Below are positions 57,943 through 64,000 of a stretch of DNA of 64,000 nucleotides, one piece after another. The notes under the pieces were generated by a model that did not search any database, was not told where the DNA came from, and saw only the letters and a list, made by a program, of their open reading frames with translations. A program made the translations under genes and the position numbers. Where the stretch lies: positions 26,823-90,822 of IMG/VR virus record IMGVR_UViG_3300025853_000046; one strand, given 5' to 3'. Origin of the DNA: a virus. The stretch's first letter is position 1, and each line of letters opens with the position of its first letter.

Positions 57943-58434
57943 ATGAACATATTTTATTTAGGAAACCCGCAGATTTCTGCACGAGAATTATGCGACAAAC
58001 ACATCGTAAAAATGATTACAGAATCAGCACAAATGTTGTGCTCGGTTCATTGGTGTAAAGCAAACACGGCACAGAAAGCACGAAGATTGTCTGACATAGG
58101 ACTTTTCAAACCCGCACACATCAATCATCCCTCAACTATTTGGACAAGAGAAACTAATGAGCAGTATCTTTGGCATTACGAATTGTATTGCGAGATGGTA
58201 AAAGAATACAATAGAAGATATGAACCAAAGAAACCTCACGGTTCAGCAAGATTTGTAGGAGTTATCAATAATCCACCTGAAGGCTTAGGCACAGGTTGGA
58301 GAGAACCCCCACAGTGTATGCCCGATGAATACAAGTGCGATGATACAATAACCGCATATCGAAACTACTATCGTGGAGAAAAACTTAGATTTGCTAAATA
58401 CAGAAAAGGAGGAAGACCAGAATGGCTAAAATAA
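57943..58434 (+). CDS. Pyrimidine-dimer DNA glycosylase-like protein (DenV/endonuclease V family)
   Basis: 'MNIFYL...CDKHIVKMI.ESAQML', 'H.NHPST.W', 'PPQCMPDEYK...AYRNYY'. Confidence 0.75.
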   Translation: MNIFYLGNPQISARELCDKHIVKMITESAQMLCSVHWCKANTAQKARRLSDIGLFKPAHINHPSTIWTRETNEQYLWHYELYCEMVKEYNRRYEPKKPHGSARFVGVINNPPEGLGTGWREPPQCMPDEYKCDDTITAYRNYYRGEKLRFAKYRKGGRPEWLK

Positions 58435-60577
58435 AAAATATAAAATGTAAGAAAAACTGCGACGATGGATGGCGAGTAGCGTTCATAAATTATGAAAGAG
58501 CACCGAATGTATGGACATTTAATTGTCGAGGTTGCGGTGAAAGTTTTAAGATAACATTAGGTGAACGAAAATGATAATAAAAAATTATGAAATAACAAGT
58601 GGGGTAGCCCCAACACAGATTGAAGGCAAACTATTGGGTGGAAAGGACTTTTACATTCGATACCGCAATTGCATATTCTATGCAGAAGTGGCCGGTGAAG
58701 AGATATGCCGAATAGAACTTTGGGATAGAATGGGAGACTACCATAGAGAAGTATTCATGGAAACCAGTGAGGCTTTTCAATTAGCAGGAATGAAGACGGC
58801 TATCAAATGCCGAAGACCTATGAAACATAGGCCAGAATTTGAAACAAAAATACATTGTAAAACATGCGAAGGTGAAGAAGAATGAGAAGAGAAATAACAT
58901 GCAAATGCGGCGTAGACACTTGGTATGAAGATAGTAGTAATGTGAACTATGTAGACGCTTGGAGAGCATTACAGTCAAAATGTAAGTGTGGTGGCGAAGA
59001 ATGAAGGACTATTTGAAAGACTTTTTGGAAAATAAAATATCAATGATAGACGCTATGAAGATTGCACTAATGCTTGATGTTGATATGGATGAAGCATATG
59101 ATATTGCTATAAAGGCTTTGATTAAGACGGCACTTGATACATCAAACGATTTGACAGTGGAAGAGATTGAAAGAACACATGAAATGTGCGAGAAAGTAGA
59201 TATTACTTGGTGGGGAAACTATCAAAAGTTTATGAAAAGTGCTGAACTTGGTGGGGAAACAAATGAGAGATAGAAAGACAGTAACCATAAACGATGATAC
59301 AATTACAGAAAGAATGATGTGGGATTGGCTTGTCACAGCATTTGAAGGTGGTAGTAATTATTGGATTGGAAAGGTAAAGGTCAGTAAGGAAACTATGTCA
59401 CTACATTCTTTATTTGCTACTGAGTTCGATAAGACTATAAGTGGTTGGAGATGGTTTCATCAAGTGCCATTTGTCTTAGAAACTGATAATTTCAAAGGAC
59501 ATGAACTTGAGATAGACACACCTTCTGGGGTTAAATTCCTTGCGGTGCAAAATCTTTTCGATGCGATTGAAATAATGGCTATAAATTGTCATGGAGATTA
59601 TCAACTTTTAGTTACAGAAAATTACGATGCTTTGACAGCAGATATTTTCCTACAATATGCACTATTTCAGGATGTGATTTACGGATGATTTTTACAATAA
59701 TTTCAGTGATGTTTTATGCAATTTTTGTAGGCATTTTAACAGAATTATTTTATGAGAAACAGAAGTTGTCTGACAAATCCGTAGAAGGTGAGGAAGAATG
59801 ATTGACACAGACAAATATAAAAGACATACCAAAGGTGATAATGAAGTCGGTTGGAGAATAGTTGGGGATAACTTTGTCATGAATGATAAGTCTCCTACGA
59901 GATTCATCGCTTATGTTCAAGTGAACAATGATGGAGAACATACTATCGTTGGGTTTTCCGATGCAGATGCACAACTCATAGCAGACGCACCACTATTATT
60001 AGAAGAAATCAAGCGGTTGCGTAAAGAGATTGAAGAGGTGAGGAAGAATGAACTGCTCAGTTTGCGATAGACCAGCCCAAGTAAAATTAAATGAGGGTAG
60101 GATGAACATACTCGAAGTATTAACTTTAAAGGGAAATATAGTCCATGACTGGACAGGTGGCGGTAGTCTTACCACGCACTTCTGTAAAGAATGCTTTCAA
60201 GGTTTGGCAAAGCAGATTTACCGTGAAGGTTACTATGCCGACTACACACTAAGGAGAGATGAAGAATGAATGATATGTCAGAAAAGATGAAAAAATTAAC
60301 ACATGAAGAAAGAACAGAAAGAATGAACATGTCCTTACATTGGATATGTTCTGTAATTGAAGAAGGTAAAATGGACACAAAGGTTGTTGTTATCCAAGAA
60401 CTTCTTGATGTTTTATTTGATTTATTACACCATATGGAGGATTGAAGAATGAATGGAATTCATACAAACTGCGTAATTTGCGGAGGGTCACTTTTGCACC
60501 CTGACGAAATCAAACTTGGCTACCATGAAGAATGTGCTAAATTACAGAACAAAAAAGTTCACTCAATGAGGGGATGA
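58422..60577 (+). CDS. Array of small coupled early ORFs (58422-58574, 58571-58885, 58882-59004, 59001-59273, 59263-59688, 59685-59801, 59798-60070, 60048-60269, 60266-60445, 60449-60577)
   Basis: ATGA overlaps; several CxxC Zn-ribbons and one membrane peptide; some translated by hand. Confidence 0.55.
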
Positions 60578-60578
60578 A

Positions 60579-60830
60579 ATGGCTCAAGTAAGAATTCGTA
60601 AGTGGGCAAGAAAATATTTAGTAGAAAATGGCCCTGCAACTACACAGGAAATACTCGAACATATCGAGAGAAAAACCTCAGCAAATGGTGGGGTAAAATC
60701 AGCAAGAAGTTTAGGGATGGTTTTGAAGGCTGACCCTAAAATTAGAAAGGTTGATAAGGTTACACTCACAGGAGAAACTGGAGTCAAATACGCAGTTAAC
60801 CTATGGGAAATAAAGGAGGAAGAAATATGA
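60579..60830 (+). CDS. wHTH DNA-binding protein (83 aa)
   Basis: 'YLVENGPATTQEILEHI...LGMVL...W' pattern. Confidence 0.6.
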   Translation: MAQVRIRKWARKYLVENGPATTQEILEHIERKTSANGGVKSARSLGMVLKADPKIRKVDKVTLTGETGVKYAVNLWEIKEEEI

Positions 60831-61129
60831 ATAATGAAAAAGGATATATGGAACAATTGGATGGAATGATGAAAATGGGTCTTATAGACCAAGCAGATAT
60901 TGAGAAAATGTTGAAGAAAGCAACGGGTGGTCTTTGGCTCGATGCAGAACAACAGGCTCAATTGGAAACAGCGATGGAAACATACATGGGGATGATTGAT
61001 TCTCTCCATGCTATCGGCATCATTTCAGCCGCAAGAATAGCAAGCACAAAGAAGAAAACTCGCAAAGTCGTTAGCGAGAGAATTAGTAACGGCAATAAGG
61101 TAACAGAAAATGGAACATTGGAGGAATAA
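60827..61129 (+). CDS. Hypothetical helical protein
   Basis: Coupled ORF. Confidence 0.5.
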   Translation: MNNEKGYMEQLDGMMKMGLIDQADIEKMLKKATGGLWLDAEQQAQLETAMETYMGMIDSLHAIGIISAARIASTKKKTRKVVSERISNGNKVTENGTLEE

Positions 61130-61131
61130 AT

Positions 61132-61338
61132 ATGGTAAAGGTAACAATTTTAAATCAGACAGGACACACAGAACTAGAACTATCGAGCGAAGAAGCAATT
61201 CAGCAGATTTTAGACCACCCGACACACTGGGCTTATATTAACGGTGAATTGGTTTCACACGATGAAATTGCGAACATTAATGCAGAAGACATTACAGATG
61301 TAGTGCTCACACAAGCAATTGTTGGAGGTTGCTATTGA
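61132..61338 (+). CDS. Ubiquitin-like (SAMP/ThiS/MoaD beta-grasp) protein ending GG-CY
   Basis: 68 aa; 'MVKVTIL', 'AYINGELV', 'DVVLTQAIVGG'; GGAGG SD. Confidence 0.7.
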   Translation: MVKVTILNQTGHTELELSSEEAIQQILDHPTHWAYINGELVSHDEIANINAEDITDVVLTQAIVGGCY

Positions 61339-61413
61339 ATAGGTAATCTTCTGTTACCAACCTAAATTGCAGGTATAGCAATTACCCAACTTGCGGGTAT
61401 AGTAAGTGCAGTT

Positions 61414-61443
61414 TCGGGTCTGCTTAAAACCCGACTTTTTTTT
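61414..61443 (+). terminator. Hairpin plus T-tract
   Basis: TCGGGT...ACCCGA followed by T8. Confidence 0.5.
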
Positions 61444-61462
61444 ATAACTATGAGAGGATTTT

Positions 61463-62598
61463 ATGAGTAAAAGAACTTGGAAAATGGAATACTGGCCTGA
61501 GATAGTGGCTATGTTGATTGACGCTAATAAAGAAAGCGGTAGTAATAATTTACCCGCTATGTATGATTATGGTAATAGGATACAAACCTACATGAAAAAT
61601 AAGACAGAACATACCCAACACAGAAATAATTCGGGCAATTACTATTATATTCATACACCCGAAATAATGCAGAGATTTGTAGATAACTGGGAAAGTCTTA
61701 ATGACTTATCTCAATATGTTGTCCGTGTAAAACAATGTATGAAACCTTATGAGAAAAGATACTTACACGAAATTATCTACAAAAAAAGAAAGGAGGAATT
61801 TGATGCACTGGTCTCTGAGAATGATTCTTGATATGCCCAAAGCAGTAATTGTCTTTAGAAGAAATCATCGAATGATGGCTCGCCTTCAAAAGATAGAAGA
61901 GAAAGAAGGGGCAATTGCTTCCTTCAAGACTATGATGGAATACCCAAGCCTACAAGTAGCCATAGAAGAAATATACATTGATATGTTGCCAGAAGTGATG
62001 GAAAAGTCCGACACTTTCGACAGTGATGAAATGGAATGGTTTCTTCTTCTTGGTGAAGGGATGGGTGTATTAAAAAGAATGGAAGATGATTCACCTCTTG
62101 GTGAAAATAATTTAAACCAAGAATGGAAAAAATGGGAGGAAGAAATATGATGATAAAGTGCTTTAAATGTGACACAGTTTTGATTTTAACTAAGTCACTT
62201 TGGGGATATAAAATGTGTGAATGTGGCAACCTACATGTTGATAATACTATCAACGAAACTTATGCCAACGAATGGAGATATATTGCCATTAAAAAGGATA
62301 TAAAACAAGAAATTTGGAGGAATATAATATGATGAAATATAATAGATTTGTGAGTAAAGATAAGAAAAGCACCCTGACTGTAACTGGTGAGCGTTTGAAA
62401 CTAAAAGAACCGTGGTCTAATTGCCAAAGGCAACTTTGTTCTTGTTCAAGACCTGATGTTCCTGTTTTCCGTTATCAGTGTGAAAATGGTAAGGGTTGTA
62501 AAAAGTTTGAAAGAATGGATTTTGGTTGTTATCGTTTGGGTGTTGGTAAAGCACCTGTAGAATTAACCGAATGTAAATGCCAAGAGGTAGAAGAATAA
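61463..62598 (+). CDS. Four hypothetical ORFs (61463-61831, about 61821-62150, about 62147-62332, 62314-62598)
   Basis: Coupled ORFs; the last two are Cys-rich. Confidence 0.5.
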
Positions 62599-62610
62599 TT
62601 AAAAAATAAG

Positions 62611-62692
62611 GGCGGGGTTCCCGAGCGGTCAAAGGGGCCGGGCTTAAGTTCCGGTGCGTATTGCTTCGTGGGTTCAAATCCCACCCCCGCCA
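62611..62692 (+). tRNA. tRNA-Leu(TAA), no encoded CCA
   Basis: Acceptor GGCGGGG/CCCCGCC; anticodon stem CCGGG/TCCGG with loop CTTAAGT; long variable arm; T-arm GTGGG-TTCAAAT-CCCAC. Confidence 0.93.
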
Positions 62693-62706
62693 CTTATTAT
62701 TTATAG

Positions 62707-63039
62707 GTGATTAATATGAAAAATCAAAGATTAAATTACGAAGAAAGACCTACTCGACAGAAAGTAGGCAATAATAACCATTTGAGAAACATGGCTAATA
62801 TCGTCGAATACATTAAAATGTCCGGTGGTGAAGCAAATACATTAGACATTTACTATTGGTTTAATGAAAATACAAGACAAGGAATACCTATGCAAGCACT
62901 TGTAAATGTTCTTAGTAAAGGGCCATTTGTTTCAGTGGGAGTTGAAAGAGCAAAGAACGGTTTAGGTCAACCCCGTAGTGTCAAAATATGGCAACTAAAG
63001 ATTGATAAAGTAGAAGAAAGGAGAGATAATAATGAGTAA
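62707..63039 (+). CDS. wHTH DNA-binding protein (110 aa), similar to 60579-60830
   Basis: 'EYIKMSGGEANTLDIY...LVNVLSK...KIW'. Confidence 0.55.
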   Translation: MINMKNQRLNYEERPTRQKVGNNNHLRNMANIVEYIKMSGGEANTLDIYYWFNENTRQGIPMQALVNVLSKGPFVSVGVERAKNGLGQPRSVKIWQLKIDKVEERRDNNE

Positions 63040-64000
63040 AGTAACAGACATTTTAAGCGACATTACAGTTCACATGAAGTATGCAAAGTATCAAAAAGAC
63101 CTTTTACGAAGGGAAACTTGGGAGGAACTGTGTGAAAGGAACATGAATATGCACATTCAGCATTACCCTCAACTTGAGGGAGAGATACGAAAACTATATG
63201 AAAACTATGTGCTGAAGAAGAAAGTATTACCTTCAATGCGTAGTCTACAATTTGGTGGAAAGTCAATTGAAATTTCACCAAACCGTATTTACAACTGTGC
63301 GTATATGCCTGTTGATTCTTTGGAATGTTTTTCTGAGGCCATGTTCTTACTTCTTGGAGGAACTGGAGTTGGATATTCTGTTCAAAGACATCATGTTGAA
63401 AAGTTACCTGAAATCCGGAAACCAAATCCTGAGAAAAAGCGACGATATTTAGTCAGTGATTCTATTGAAGGTTGGGCAGATGCAGTTAAGATTCTATTAA
63501 AGGCTTACATGGGGCAAAATCTAAGCACACCTGTATTTGATTACTCAGATATTAGAATTAAGGGTGCTCTATTAGTTACAAGTGGTGGAAAAGCCCCCGG
63601 CCCTGCACCTTTGCGTGAATGTTTAGTCAAGATTGAGAATCTTTTGTTGTCAAAAACTGATGGTTATTCACTGAAACCTATTGAAGTCCATGACATGATG
63701 TGCCATATTGCAGACTCAGTTCTTGCAGGTGGTATTCGTAGAGCCGCATTAATTTCGTTATTTAGTGCCGACGATAAAGATATGATTTCATGTAAAAGTG
63801 GAACATGGTGGGAACAAAATCCTCAACGAGGTAGAGCAAATAATTCAGCAGTTTTAATTCGTAATCGTGTAACAAAACCGTTCTTTTTACAACTGTGGAA
63901 AAGAATTCAGGAATCTGGCGCAGGAGAACCGGGTATTTACTTTAGTAATGACAAAGATTGGGGAACGAATCCTTGCTGTGAAATAGCATTGAGACCTTAT
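63032..64000 (+). CDS. nrdJ: Class II (B12-dependent) ribonucleotide reductase, 3' truncated by the window
   Basis: Hand translation: 'KYAKY...RRETWEE', 'VLPSMRSLQFGG', 'YNCAY', 'GGTGVGYSVQ', 'AGGIRRAA', 'GEPG', 'GTNPCCEI'. Confidence 0.92.
   Translation, partial: MSKVTDILSDITVHMKYAKYQKDLLRRETWEELCERNMNMHIQHYPQLEGEIRKLYENYVLKKKVLPSMRSLQFGGKSIEISPNRIYNCAYMPVDSLECFSEAMFLLLGGTGVGYSVQRHHVEKLPEIRKPNPEKKRRYLVSDSIEGWADAVKILLKAYMGQNLSTPVFDYSDIRIKGALLVTSGGKAPGPAPLRECLVKIENLLLSKTDGYSLKPIEVHDMMCHIADSVLAGGIRRAALISLFSADDKDMISCKSGTWWEQNPQRGRANNSAVLIRNRVTKPFFLQLWKRIQESGAGEPGIYFSNDKDWGTNPCCEIALRPY

Noticed and set aside
63032-64000. RNR pseudogene, since it is missing from the ORF track
   Set aside because: The motifs stay in one frame from ATG 63032 to the window edge; it is missing only because it has no stop in the window.
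1-64000. Stop-codon reassignment
   Set aside because: Standard-code ORFs tile the coding regions densely, and TAA, TGA and TAG are all used as stops.

Overview
The window is 64 kb of an AT-rich head-tail (Caudoviricetes) virus genome, most likely a virus of marine Group II archaea (Poseidoniales; magrovirus-like). The host call is an inference from TATA boxes about 23 nt upstream of start codons, GGTGA/GGAGGTG Shine-Dalgarno sites, a CCA-less tRNA, a SAMP-like ubiquitin and an ATP-dependent ligase inside the head module. Bases 161-52764 are one minus-strand late/morphogenesis region: many accessory genes, a putative TerS, TerL, a free-standing LAGLIDADG protein, a Zn-finger portal, DNA ligase, prohead protease-scaffold, MCP, adaptor, tail tube, a frameshifting tail chaperone, tape measure, tail tip and fibre genes. 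Bases 52765-57900 are a repeat-rich divergent control region. It holds 12 exact ACCATATGGT palindromes, G-rich boxes, ~90-bp units that carry SD-preceded 7-aa micro-ORFs, and a TGAGA-iteron/AT-rich candidate origin. Bases 57943-64000 are a plus-strand early/metabolic arm with a DenV-like glycosylase, small Zn/wHTH proteins, a ubiquitin-like protein, tRNA-Leu(TAA) and a partial class II RNR. The main candidate for an undescribed system is about 20 otherwise unrelated late proteins that share an N-terminal M-x-W-x-x-(I/L)-(L/I)-(K/R) tag. Matching hydrophobic-K|A/S sites occur in the MCP leader and scaffold, which suggests a capsid-targeting and prohead-protease cleavage signal for a swappable cargo array. 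The second candidate is a family of repeated F-x-E-D/E-D-E micropeptides in the control region. All calls come from reading motifs by eye; no searches were run.
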